In this document: positions 56,428 to 64,000 of the stretch, piece by piece
Layout: each line of letters opens with the position of its first letter
Position numbering within the stretch: the first letter of the stretch is position 1
Assembly (NCBI GenBank): GCA_965231005.1
Contig: OZ246405.1
Location: 866,709-930,708, forward strand
Reading direction: 5' to 3'
From: an uncultured Gammaproteobacteria bacterium
GTDB lineage: Bacteria > Patescibacteriota > Patescibacteriia > Magasanikbacterales > UBA922
DNA: 64,000 nt
Position numbers and translations under genes: made by a program
Notes under the pieces: model-generated
What the model was told of the DNA's origin: nothing
Database searches by the model: none
The model's input: the letters and a program-made list of their open reading frames with translations, nothing else

Positions 56428-56739
56428 TTAGCCAGCAATGTTCGTGGAAGCTACTGCGACGGTCCATGCCATAATACTTGAAAAGTAAATCCAATACGCA
56501 AGATTTGTGTTTGGACTACTCCACTGGAACTCAGCAGAGGATGCATTCATTCCAACACAGGAAACCAGAAACACGGCAAGCAGAGTCGGAAGTGTTGGCA
56601 TGTCATGGTTGACCCAAACGAACAGCCCAAGGTCGATGGCTACACATGCGACCAAAAGGAGTGCCCAGAAGTGCTTGTAGAGTTGGTTTGCGACCGCGAG
56701 CAAGATTTGCCCAGACCATGAGAGAATTTCTGTGAACAT
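56428..56739 (-). CDS. Small membrane protein in a GC-rich segment with a strong AGGGAGGG SD
   Basis: Start MFTEILSW at 56739, AGGGAGGG 4 nt upstream; 3 hydrophobic helices; GC-rich terminator hairpin CCCGCC...GGCGGG at 56383-56408. Confidence 0.45.
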   Translation of the reverse strand: MFTEILSWSGQILLAVANQLYKHFWALLLVACVAIDLGLFVWVNHDMPTLPTLLAVFLVSCVGMNASSAEFQWSSPNTNLAYWIYFSSIMAWTVAVASTNIAG

Positions 56740-56812
56740 GTTGCCCTCCCTGCTAATTTTGACAGTAGCACAGTTACAAAAAGAGATCAAACAAAAAAAT
56801 GTGATATACTAT

Positions 56813-57772
56813 ATGTATATGTCGATAATTTTACAAGCTGTTGCACCTATTTTTCTTCTTATCCTTTTAGGAATTGTTGTTGAGGTGTTGCTCAGAGACA
56901 AAATTGAACCACCAAAATATCTTGTCTGGCTTGGCTGTGCAGAAAATTCATGGATAAGTGGGCTAAATGGCTTTGCACTTTATATTGGTCTGCCAGCATT
57001 AATTTTTTATAGTTTGTCTCACACAGACAAGAGCCAAATTTTGTCTTCTCAAATTATAGGTCTAAATGCTTTGATACTTATTGCAACTATTTTTATTGTT
57101 ACTGTTATTGTTCACACACTAAGGCTTAAAAAAGATGTTGCAAATGCATACATTTCTGCAATATTTTTCGGACAAGTCGCTTATCTTGGATTTCCATTTA
57201 TTGAATCTCTTGTTCAGGGATCTACAAGTATTGTAAGCATGCATGTTGCACTACATGTTGGAATTGCCTTTACTGTACTTCTGCTTGTACTTGAGTATCA
57301 AAAAAGTGGAAGGCCAAACACATTCCTTATTCTAAAAAATTTATTTAAAAATCCCCTTCTGCTTTCTGTTCTTTTAGGAATTATTTGGCTTGTCTATGCA
57401 CTTCCAATTAATCCTATTGTAGACAAAGCACTTGCCATGCTTGCAGGAAGTGCTTCTCCTGTTGTTCTTATTGCAATTGGTATGTTTATGGGAAGAAAAA
57501 TTCACTTTGATAAGACATTTAATCATGCAGTTGTTATTGCCGTTATGAAAATTGTGGCACTGCCGCTTGCATTCTTATTTTTGGGAAGACTATCCGGAGC
57601 TAGTGAAGTGTATAATATTTCAATCGTGCTAGCAGGCATGCCTGTTGCACTTACCTGTTTCGCCCTTTCAGAAATTTATGATATCAACAAAAAGATTATT
57701 TCAAATGCAATTGTTATCTCAACACTAGGCTCAGTATTCACACTAACAGCACTCTCGTTCATTGTCTTTTAA
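56813..57772 (+). CDS. Auxin-efflux-carrier (AEC/Mem_trans) family transporter
   Basis: Polytopic membrane protein; N-terminus IILQAVAPIFLLILLG typical of AEC family; start placed at an internal ATG (track ORF begins at 56732). Confidence 0.65.
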   Translation: MYMSIILQAVAPIFLLILLGIVVEVLLRDKIEPPKYLVWLGCAENSWISGLNGFALYIGLPALIFYSLSHTDKSQILSSQIIGLNALILIATIFIVTVIVHTLRLKKDVANAYISAIFFGQVAYLGFPFIESLVQGSTSIVSMHVALHVGIAFTVLLLVLEYQKSGRPNTFLILKNLFKNPLLLSVLLGIIWLVYALPINPIVDKALAMLAGSASPVVLIAIGMFMGRKIHFDKTFNHAVVIAVMKIVALPLAFLFLGRLSGASEVYNISIVLAGMPVALTCFALSEIYDINKKIISNAIVISTLGSVFTLTALSFIVF

Positions 57773-57804
57773 TCATCCCTGACAATAAATAACAAGACCG
57801 GCAG

Positions 57805-58044
57805 CTATGCCGGTCTTTCTTCATCAATTTTTGTGAAACGCTGTACCTTTTTTCCATCTACTTCTACTTCTTCAAGAAAATTGTCCAACTCTCTTATCCA
57901 AAACTTTCCTACTGGATTGTCATACAATGATTCGTAAAAAACCATATCCTCCAGTGTTTTTCTATGTTTTCCAACTCCAACAACCCGATAGTGTTTTTTA
58001 TTTCTGTGATGTTTGTATATTGCGTCGACTTCAACAGTTCTCAT
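57805..58044 (-). CDS. DUF1653-family protein
   Basis: 79 aa; YKHHRNKKHYRVVG...VFYESLYDNPVGKFWIRELDNF matches the DUF1653 pattern. Confidence 0.55.
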   Translation of the reverse strand: MRTVEVDAIYKHHRNKKHYRVVGVGKHRKTLEDMVFYESLYDNPVGKFWIRELDNFLEEVEVDGKKVQRFTKIDEERPA

Positions 58045-58048
58045 ACAA

Positions 58049-59125
58049 TTATAATTTTACCAATTGATCAACCACTGAAAGGATAGCTTCATTTTCAGCC
58101 TGTGGGAGAAGTTTATTCAATGCACTACCCAATCTTTGACGATCATCTTTGCTATGAAGCAAATCAAGAATTTGTCGTGATAATTCATCTCTATTGCTTG
58201 ATTCTTCATTTACAAAAATTGCTGCATTGTTTTTCTTCAAAAATCTGATATTCTCTTCTTGTTGTCCTTGCTTTGGGATAAAGATTGCTGCCTTTTTTAA
58301 CGCAGCAAGCTCTGATATTGTTCCAAATCCCCCGCGAGAAACTACAATATCTGCAACAGCATATGCATGTTTCATTTCTTCACTAAAAAATTGAAAGACA
58401 TGATAGTGAGCAACATGTTTTGCAGCATTTTCAGCAAGCTCTTCTGAACGATATTTTCCAGTTAAATGAATAATCTGTGCTTTTCCTTCTAATGCTTGTA
58501 CAGCTTCTACAATCATTTGATTCACTCGAAGCGACCCAGTTCCTCCACCTGTAACAAACACAACTGGTAAATCATTTGAAAGTGAAAACAATTTTCTTGC
58601 TTCTTGAGCACTCCCATGCAACATATCTTTTCTTACTGGATTTCCTAACCATGATGTTTTTGCTTTTGCAAATTCACTTACATCAAGCGGCAGTGCAGTT
58701 GTAATTTTTGTTGCAAATGGTGCAATAAGTCTATTTGCCAATCCTACACGTACATCTTGTTGATGAACCCACGTAGGAATATTTAATATCCATGCTGCCC
58801 AGTGCACTGGGACAGAGATAAAACCACCTGCTGTTACACAAATGCTTGGCTTTTCCTGCCAAAGAACATACAGTGATTGAAAAAAACCAATAATGATTCG
58901 GAAAATATCAATAACATTCCAAAATGAAATATATCTTCTAAATTTTCCTGATGATAAAGAAATAAATGGAATATCATGATTTGCAACAAAATCTTTTTCT
59001 GGACCTTTTTTTGAGCCAATCCAAAGAAATGAAGTATCATTGTATTTCTCACTAATAACATCTTTTATTGCTATAAGTGGTGTTACAGGTCCAAGTGTTC
59101 CACCACCAGAAAATATAATCTTCAT
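58049..59125 (-). CDS. murG: UDP-GlcNAc:lipid I N-acetylglucosaminyltransferase MurG
   Basis: 358 aa; MKIIFSGGGTLGPVTP (G-loop 1), GT-B fold, C-terminal GGFGT-like motif. Confidence 0.85.
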   Translation of the reverse strand: MKIIFSGGGTLGPVTPLIAIKDVISEKYNDTSFLWIGSKKGPEKDFVANHDIPFISLSSGKFRRYISFWNVIDIFRIIIGFFQSLYVLWQEKPSICVTAGGFISVPVHWAAWILNIPTWVHQQDVRVGLANRLIAPFATKITTALPLDVSEFAKAKTSWLGNPVRKDMLHGSAQEARKLFSLSNDLPVVFVTGGGTGSLRVNQMIVEAVQALEGKAQIIHLTGKYRSEELAENAAKHVAHYHVFQFFSEEMKHAYAVADIVVSRGGFGTISELAALKKAAIFIPKQGQQEENIRFLKKNNAAIFVNEESSNRDELSRQILDLLHSKDDRQRLGSALNKLLPQAENEAILSVVDQLVKL

Positions 59126-59523
59126 GCTATTTGTAATTCGTCTTTTACTGAAAGGAAAAATTCTTTGTCACCTCCATATGATAATACATTTTCAATTTCG
59201 TCAATTGCAACCCACAGTGCAGTGTTGTTTTCATCTATAGGTGCCAAATCAATTTGATCAGTTTTAAACAAAAACAATGTAATATGCTTTAGGATATTTG
59301 GGTCAGCACTCGTCCCTCTTGAATATGATCCTAATTCTTTAATAAATTTGAGGTCTTTAATTCCTGTTTCTTCATTTGTCTCACGAATAGCAGCCTCTAA
59401 ATGTGATTCTCCATCATCAACACCACCTTTTGGAAATGAATAGGAATTTGTTATTTTTTGAAAGGTTATAGCAGCCTTTCCAGAATTAATAACAACTGCT
59501 CCTGCTGTTTGTCTGTCTATCAT
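59122..59523 (-). CDS. NUDIX hydrolase (canonical Nudix box)
   Basis: 133 aa; GGVDDGESHLEAAIRETNEETG. Confidence 0.8.
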   Translation of the reverse strand: MIDRQTAGAVVINSGKAAITFQKITNSYSFPKGGVDDGESHLEAAIRETNEETGIKDLKFIKELGSYSRGTSADPNILKHITLFLFKTDQIDLAPIDENNTALWVAIDEIENVLSYGGDKEFFLSVKDELQIA

Positions 59524-60689
59524 AAACTCGCTTCCTTAGAGACATTAATCATAATGCCAACAGCTGCCATGGAAATCATTAAGGCTGTTCCACCATGACT
59601 TACAAATGGCAATGGTACTCCAGTAAGAGGTAGTAATCCTATCATAGCACCAATATTAAGAAAAGACTGTGTCATAAACCATACAAGTATTCCAATCATA
59701 AGGAGCCTTCCAAATTCATCTGGGGTCCTCTGTGCAATTTGAAACCCTCTATAGGCAATCGCACCTAAAAGGAAGACAAAAAAAACAGTAACAATAAGAC
59801 CCATTTCTTCTGCAATAACAGCAAAAATACTATCAGCATGAACTTCTGGAAGATATTGAAATTTTTGTCTTGAATGTCCAAGACCTAATCCTAAAATCCC
59901 CCCTGAACCAACAGCAACAAGCGCTTGGTTTGTTTGATAGCCAATTCCTTGAGGATCCAACTCTGGATGCAAAAAAACAGTCAGACGAGCTGCACGATAT
60001 GGTGCAACAATAATAAGAATAATAATGGCAACAATACCAGCTGCTGCAAGTGCTGTAACATGCGAGAGATTTGTACGAGCAACAAAAAGGAGTCCAAACA
60101 CAATGCTAAATAATATTGAAACAGTACCAATATCTGGTTGAAGCACAACCAAAAGAATTGGCAATATTCCAAGTGTGACTGCGACTAAAAATCCTTCTTT
60201 AAAATCAGCAAGTCTATCCCCTTTTGCTGTTAAGTATGTTGCAAGAAAAATAACAAGACCTAATTTTGCAAATTCTGCAGGCTGAAATGTGTAATTTCCA
60301 ATTGAGAGCCAACTATTTGCAGCTGTATTTAAACTTGTACCAATTCCTGGAATAAATACAAGTATTAAAAGCAGGAGTGTTATACCATATACCGACGTTG
60401 CAAAGTGCTTTAATCGTTGGTAGTGAAGTTTTGAAAAAACAAAAAAAAGTACAAGCCCTGGCAAAAGACCAAATAATAGTTGTCTTTTAATAAAAAAATA
60501 TCCATCACCGAACTTGCTATGCCCAACTGCAGAACTTGCTGAACTGAGCATAACAAGACCAAACAAAAGAAGGATAATAAAGTATGCCAGGAATGTGTAA
60601 TCAGCTTGCTTTTTTGAATGCATGATACGAGCTGTTAAACATTGAGAAAAATAATCAGTGAAGATGCAATTAAAATAAAAATCTGACAA
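59520..60689 (-). CDS. ftsW: SEDS-family peptidoglycan glycosyltransferase FtsW/RodA
   Basis: 10-TM protein with conserved SEDS segments; adjacent to murG, which favours FtsW; the start may be the internal MHSKKQ. Confidence 0.85.
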   Translation of the reverse strand: MSDFYFNCIFTDYFSQCLTARIMHSKKQADYTFLAYFIILLLFGLVMLSSASSAVGHSKFGDGYFFIKRQLLFGLLPGLVLFFVFSKLHYQRLKHFATSVYGITLLLLILVFIPGIGTSLNTAANSWLSIGNYTFQPAEFAKLGLVIFLATYLTAKGDRLADFKEGFLVAVTLGILPILLVVLQPDIGTVSILFSIVFGLLFVARTNLSHVTALAAAGIVAIIILIIVAPYRAARLTVFLHPELDPQGIGYQTNQALVAVGSGGILGLGLGHSRQKFQYLPEVHADSIFAVIAEEMGLIVTVFFVFLLGAIAYRGFQIAQRTPDEFGRLLMIGILVWFMTQSFLNIGAMIGLLPLTGVPLPFVSHGGTALMISMAAVGIMINVSKEASL

Positions 60690-60997
60690 AGTAATGAAAT
60701 TGCATTAAACATCTGTGTAATAAATTTATCTGTACGAAATAGGAGCCAACCAATTATGGCATTGACTAGAAGAATAAATAGTCCAATAAGAGGAAGATAA
60801 AATACTTTTGTCCAAGTTCCAATAAGATCAACACCAAACAAAATATTGTAATGTAGAAAAATATTCTCTTCTTGAGGACCAATTCTAACAAGAAGCCAAA
60901 TCCATGTAGCTACATTAATAAGAAGAGACGTTCCCAAAAGAATGGCATTTGGGAGATGTTTTATATATAACTTGATTGGATACAGTTTTTGTTGCAT
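60635..60997 (-). CDS. Hypothetical membrane protein
   Basis: 120 aa, 3-4 TM; overlaps the ftsW 5' end by ~55 nt, so the start is uncertain. Confidence 0.35.
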   Translation of the reverse strand: MQQKLYPIKLYIKHLPNAILLGTSLLINVATWIWLLVRIGPQEENIFLHYNILFGVDLIGTWTKVFYLPLIGLFILLVNAIIGWLLFRTDKFITQMFNAISLLCQIFILIASSLIIFLNV

Positions 60998-61038
60998 ACA
61001 AGGTAAATTTAGCTAAATTATAGCGCATTATCCCCATA

Positions 61039-61067
61039 TTGACAACTACGCAAGAATGTAGTATACT
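61039..61067 (+). promoter_or_regulatory. Sigma-70 promoter of rpmA (TTGACA, 17 nt, TATACT) with a ~140-nt leader
   Basis: TTGACA 61039-61044, TATACT 61062-61067; long untranslated leader to the ATG at 61215; no SD. Confidence 0.55.
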
Positions 61068-61214
61068 CTTCCCATTGTATTCTCCGGTATGATTAACGAC
61101 AGATTCAACATCCTTCCTCTACTTAGGTAGATAGGTGAGAATCTGGGCAGTTCACTTTATTCATTTGATTACGAGTCGAAGTAATCTAAGTAAAGTGGTA
61201 AAGACAAACCTCTT

Positions 61215-61502
61215 ATGGCACATAAGAAGGCTGGTGGTTCTACCAGGCTGGGTCGAGACTCAAATCCACAGTACCTTGGTACAAAGGTTGGAGATGGTCA
61301 GACTGTAAAAAATGGACAAATTATTGTCCGACAGCGTGGGACAAAAATCCACCCAGGAAAAAACGTAAAGCGTGGTAAAGATGACACACTATTTGCACTT
61401 GTTGCAGGAGTAGTCAAATTTACACAAAAGAAGCGAAAGCGTTTTGATGGATCACTCAAACTTGCAAAATTTGCAAATGTGATTCCTACAAGTAAGAAAT
61501 AA
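61215..61502 (+). CDS. rpmA: 50S ribosomal protein L27
   Basis: 95 aa; [16 protein letters not shown]... Confidence 0.9.
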   Translation: MAHKKAGGSTRLGRDSNPQYLGTKVGDGQTVKNGQIIVRQRGTKIHPGKNVKRGKDDTLFALVAGVVKFTQKKRKRFDGSLKLAKFANVIPTSKK

Positions 61503-61508
61503 AAAAAA

Positions 61509-61535
61509 TCCCCTTTCGAGGGGGTTTTTGTTTTA
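61509..61535. terminator. Terminator after rpmA (CCCCT-TTCG-AGGGG plus T-run)
   Basis: A8 then 5-bp GC stem, TTCG loop, GTTTTTGTTTT. Confidence 0.55.
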
Positions 61536-62183
61536 TTCAACTTTCTTCAAAAATTCATCAATCTTATCTCTATACTTGTCCATATACATATGCAAGTCCT
61601 GCGTAAACGCATCTGAATTTGCCTTCATCTCCTTTTCTAGAATATCCATGTTGTAGTAGAGAATTCCTGATGCTTCTTTATCAACAGGCCTACTTGACCC
61701 TCCATAAATTCCAATATATAGATGTACCACATGAGGTAACTTATAAACTTTTTCCCCAATTTTTCTTTCAAGATTCATGTTTACTTTTTCAAGCTCTTCA
61801 ATAATAGCAACACTATCAATATAGCTATTTAAAAGTGCGTATGTTTTTCTAAAATCATCGTCATTCCTTAGAACAATTGAAGGAACTCGCAACTCTTGAA
61901 CAGTTTCGACCATGAGTGTGAAAATTGGTGAATCACCGAATTTAATATGTCCACCAACTGCTTTATCAATCAAAAATGGATTGTGAGTTTTTAAATGAGA
62001 TCGCTTTTGCAAAATAATTTCTTTATCTCTGTTAAATAAAAGAAGCGCAATAATTTCAACAGAACGGACAGGCTTTCCTGTCTTATCAATTGATTGAGTC
62101 TGTTGTTTATAAAACTTATCGCGATCCATTGGCAAAGGAATATCAGGATCGCGCAACATGTATGTAGTTAATTGTTCGGCCAT
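61533..62183 (-). CDS. NUDIX-fold protein, IDI-like subfamily with degenerate Nudix box (paralog 2)
   Basis: 216 aa; ILQKRSHLKTHNPFLIDKAVGGHIKFGDSPIFTLMVETVQEL; tandem paralog of 62185-62835. Confidence 0.5.
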   Translation of the reverse strand: MAEQLTTYMLRDPDIPLPMDRDKFYKQQTQSIDKTGKPVRSVEIIALLLFNRDKEIILQKRSHLKTHNPFLIDKAVGGHIKFGDSPIFTLMVETVQELRVPSIVLRNDDDFRKTYALLNSYIDSVAIIEELEKVNMNLERKIGEKVYKLPHVVHLYIGIYGGSSRPVDKEASGILYYNMDILEKEMKANSDAFTQDLHMYMDKYRDKIDEFLKKVE

Positions 62184-62184
62184 A

Positions 62185-62835
62185 TTAAATCATTTTTAAA
62201 AATCTATCTATTCCTTTTTGATACTTTTTCATCATAAAATGAAGATCTGGTGTAAATAAATCAGGCATCTGCTTCATTTCACTTCTTAAGACTTCCAAAT
62301 CATAATACAACACACCACTTGCTTCTTTGTCAACAGGTTTTATAGGTCCACTGTATAACCCAAAATAGACAAACATATTCTTTGCAATCTTGTATCGCTC
62401 TCCGTCTTTTAGAATATTTTCAACAACATATACACCTTGATCTACAAACTCAAGAATTGCAACACTCTCAAGACTACCTTGAACAAGCGACTTTGTTCTT
62501 TCAAAATCCTCTTCTTCACGCAGAACGATTGAAGGAACCTTCATTTCTTGAACAGTCTCAATCATGGCAGTATAAGATGGGGTATCTCCATATGAAATAT
62601 GACCTCCAACAGCCTTGTCAATGAGGTAGGCGTTGTGCGCCTTTGTGTGAGATCTTTTTTGCAGAATCATTTCCCCACTCGTATTAAAAAGCATGAGTTG
62701 AAATATCCCGACAGCTTCTGTCAATTCCTTACCTTTTCTGTTGAGATCAATCTGGGCATCATAAAATTCTTTCCGATCTTCACCTCGGGATTTTGCAGTA
62801 TGGTCAATATTATAAATTGTTATTTGCTCTGACAT
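62185..62835 (-). CDS. NUDIX-fold protein, IDI-like subfamily with degenerate Nudix box (paralog 3)
   Basis: 216 aa; ILQKRSHTKAHNAYLIDKAVGGHISYGDTPSYTAMIETVQEM; same length and architecture as its neighbour. Confidence 0.5.
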   Translation of the reverse strand: MSEQITIYNIDHTAKSRGEDRKEFYDAQIDLNRKGKELTEAVGIFQLMLFNTSGEMILQKRSHTKAHNAYLIDKAVGGHISYGDTPSYTAMIETVQEMKVPSIVLREEEDFERTKSLVQGSLESVAILEFVDQGVYVVENILKDGERYKIAKNMFVYFGLYSGPIKPVDKEASGVLYYDLEVLRSEMKQMPDLFTPDLHFMMKKYQKGIDRFLKMI

Positions 62836-62878
62836 ATTACATCCATCCTAACAAAACTAGTCAAGAAAATCAAGAAAT

Positions 62879-63229
62879 ATGCTATACTATTCAAATATGA
62901 CACACCCAATACACCATTTAAATAAAAGAAAAAGAATTCATGCAAAGCATGAAAAATACCCTCATCCAAATCGGCTTAAAAATCTCGTTGACAAGCTTAT
63001 TTACGGTGTAGGAGTTTTTGTTCCTGCAATGACATTTATCCAGCTTTATAAAATATATTCTGAACAAAACGCAGATGGTATTTCTGTTGTCGCATATATT
63101 GGATATGTTTTTGCAAATATTATTTGGTTTTTGTATGGCTATCTTCATAAGGAAAAGCCAATCTTACTCATGTATACACTCCTTGCAGTATTTAACATTT
63201 GTATTGTTATAGGGACATTTCTTTTTTAA
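62879..63229 (+). CDS. SemiSWEET/PQ-loop small membrane transporter-like protein
   Basis: 116 aa, 3 TM; FIQLYKIYSEQNADGISVV resembles the PQ-loop/SemiSWEET motif; the true start may be an internal Met. Confidence 0.45.
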   Translation: MLYYSNMTHPIHHLNKRKRIHAKHEKYPHPNRLKNLVDKLIYGVGVFVPAMTFIQLYKIYSEQNADGISVVAYIGYVFANIIWFLYGYLHKEKPILLMYTLLAVFNICIVIGTFLF

Positions 63230-63232
63230 GTT

Positions 63233-64000
63233 ATGAGTACATTTCTCCAAACTCTTATTGGCGCAGTTCTGATTCAACTTGTTGGTGTTCTTGGCATCTT
63301 TTTTTTATTTGGATTTATCCTCTCTAAAATTCAAAGGGCAATTCAAGGAAACTATCAGCGAAGTGTTGGCTGGAAAGGAATTTTATGGACAGCATGGCTT
63401 GGAACTCCTATTCATGAACTTTCACATGTTTTTTTTGCATGGCTATTTCGACATCGCATTCATGATATTTCTCTCTTTAGACCAAACAGAGACGAAGGAA
63501 CACTTGGCCATGTAGATCATTCATTTAACAAATTTAGTCTATACCAACGAATGGGAAGTTTTTTTGTTGGTGCTGCACCAATGATCCTTGGTCCCATGGT
63601 ATTAACAGCTCTCCTCTATATTCTTGTGCCAAATGCCAAGGAAATATTTAACCCACTCATTGATACATTTGATAGCTTTGGTGGATTCTGGACATCTCTC
63701 ATTGCCTTAGCAAAATTAGTAACATTTGCAAATATCAGTTCTTGGAAATTTTGGCTATTTGTTTACTTATCATTTTGTATTGCATCCCATCTTGCACCTA
63801 GCCGTGCAGATTTGCGGACTATGTGGGGTGGTTTTTTCTGGTTCCTTGTCATTCTTATTGTTGCAAACGCATTTGCAATGGTGCTTGATGTTGATTTAAC
63901 AACATATATTCTTCGTGTAAATCAATATTTGGGAATATTTACAGCAATATTTCTCTATGCTACTGTGATTTCACTCATCCATTATATATTTTCTCGACTT
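63233..64000 (+). CDS. Partial (3'-truncated by the window edge) polytopic membrane protein with an HExxH motif (putative membrane zinc metallopeptidase, DUF3267-like)
   Basis: Open frame from the ATG at 63233 to the window end (not in the ORF track because no stop is reached); IHELSHVFFAW within a TM region. Confidence 0.4.
   Translation, partial: MSTFLQTLIGAVLIQLVGVLGIFFLFGFILSKIQRAIQGNYQRSVGWKGILWTAWLGTPIHELSHVFFAWLFRHRIHDISLFRPNRDEGTLGHVDHSFNKFSLYQRMGSFFVGAAPMILGPMVLTALLYILVPNAKEIFNPLIDTFDSFGGFWTSLIALAKLVTFANISSWKFWLFVYLSFCIASHLAPSRADLRTMWGGFFWFLVILIVANAFAMVLDVDLTTYILRVNQYLGIFTAIFLYATVISLIHYIFSRL

Noticed and set aside
519-63148. Numerous 60-170-aa antisense or out-of-frame ORFs inside long genes (e.g. 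519-998, 6286-6795, 13451-13912, 16991-17398, 20916-21239)
   Set aside because: They are embedded in well-supported genes on the other strand or frame, with low-complexity AT-driven amino-acid composition and no start signals.
1-64000. CRISPR arrays, rRNA genes, transposases or integrases
   Set aside because: I found no regularly spaced direct repeats, no rRNA-like conserved blocks, and no ORF with DDE or tyrosine/serine recombinase motifs.

Overview
Low-GC (~36-38%) bacterial chromosome segment, densely coding, with about 65 protein genes and 4 tRNAs (Asn-GTT, Gln-TTG, Thr-CGT, Lys-TTT). The content is mostly housekeeping: aminoacyl-tRNA synthetases (ProRS, LysRS, SerRS, GluRS), the mreBCD-PBP2 cell-shape module, scattered cell-wall and division genes (a MurF-like ligase, MurE, MurG, FtsW/RodA, FtsQ, FtsB, FtsEX, an M23 peptidase, a FemAB-family enzyme), ClpB, GreA, TypA/BipA, cold-shock protein, L27, and a P-type ATPase. 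A large SUF/ISC-hybrid Fe-S cluster operon is present: Rrf2 regulator, IscS-like desulfurase, SufB, SufD, SufS, SufU, SufC, SufT, then a 2Fe-2S and a 4Fe-4S ferredoxin. Most native genes lack Shine-Dalgarno sequences, ProRS lacks the editing domain, and the repertoire is reduced, so I infer a CPR/Patescibacteria-like organism; this is inference only. Beyond the annotation, five things stand out. (1) A conserved ~70-nt structured element lies 5' of both tRNA-Asn and tRNA-Thr, each time abutting a perfect 15-16 bp direct copy of that tRNA's own 5' end; the inner helix shows two compensatory base-pair changes between the two copies. (2) Several short GC-rich (~50%) islands encode small Cys/Trp-rich or membrane proteins and carry canonical AGGAGG/AGGGAGG ribosome-binding sites and GC-rich terminators that the rest of the genome lacks. 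(3) A CIRCE (HrcA operator) sits on the clpB promoter. (4) A long hairpin occupies the leader of an FMN-reductase gene. (5) There are unusual fusions and arrangements: a UvrD helicase fused to a Cas4-like Fe-S nuclease, an RdgB-NUDIX fusion, a MurF with an integral-membrane N-terminus followed by DegT aminotransferase and FemAB, and three paralogous IDI-like NUDIX-fold proteins. No CRISPR array, rRNA or obvious transposase is present. Coordinates I derived by hand may be off by 1-2 nt.
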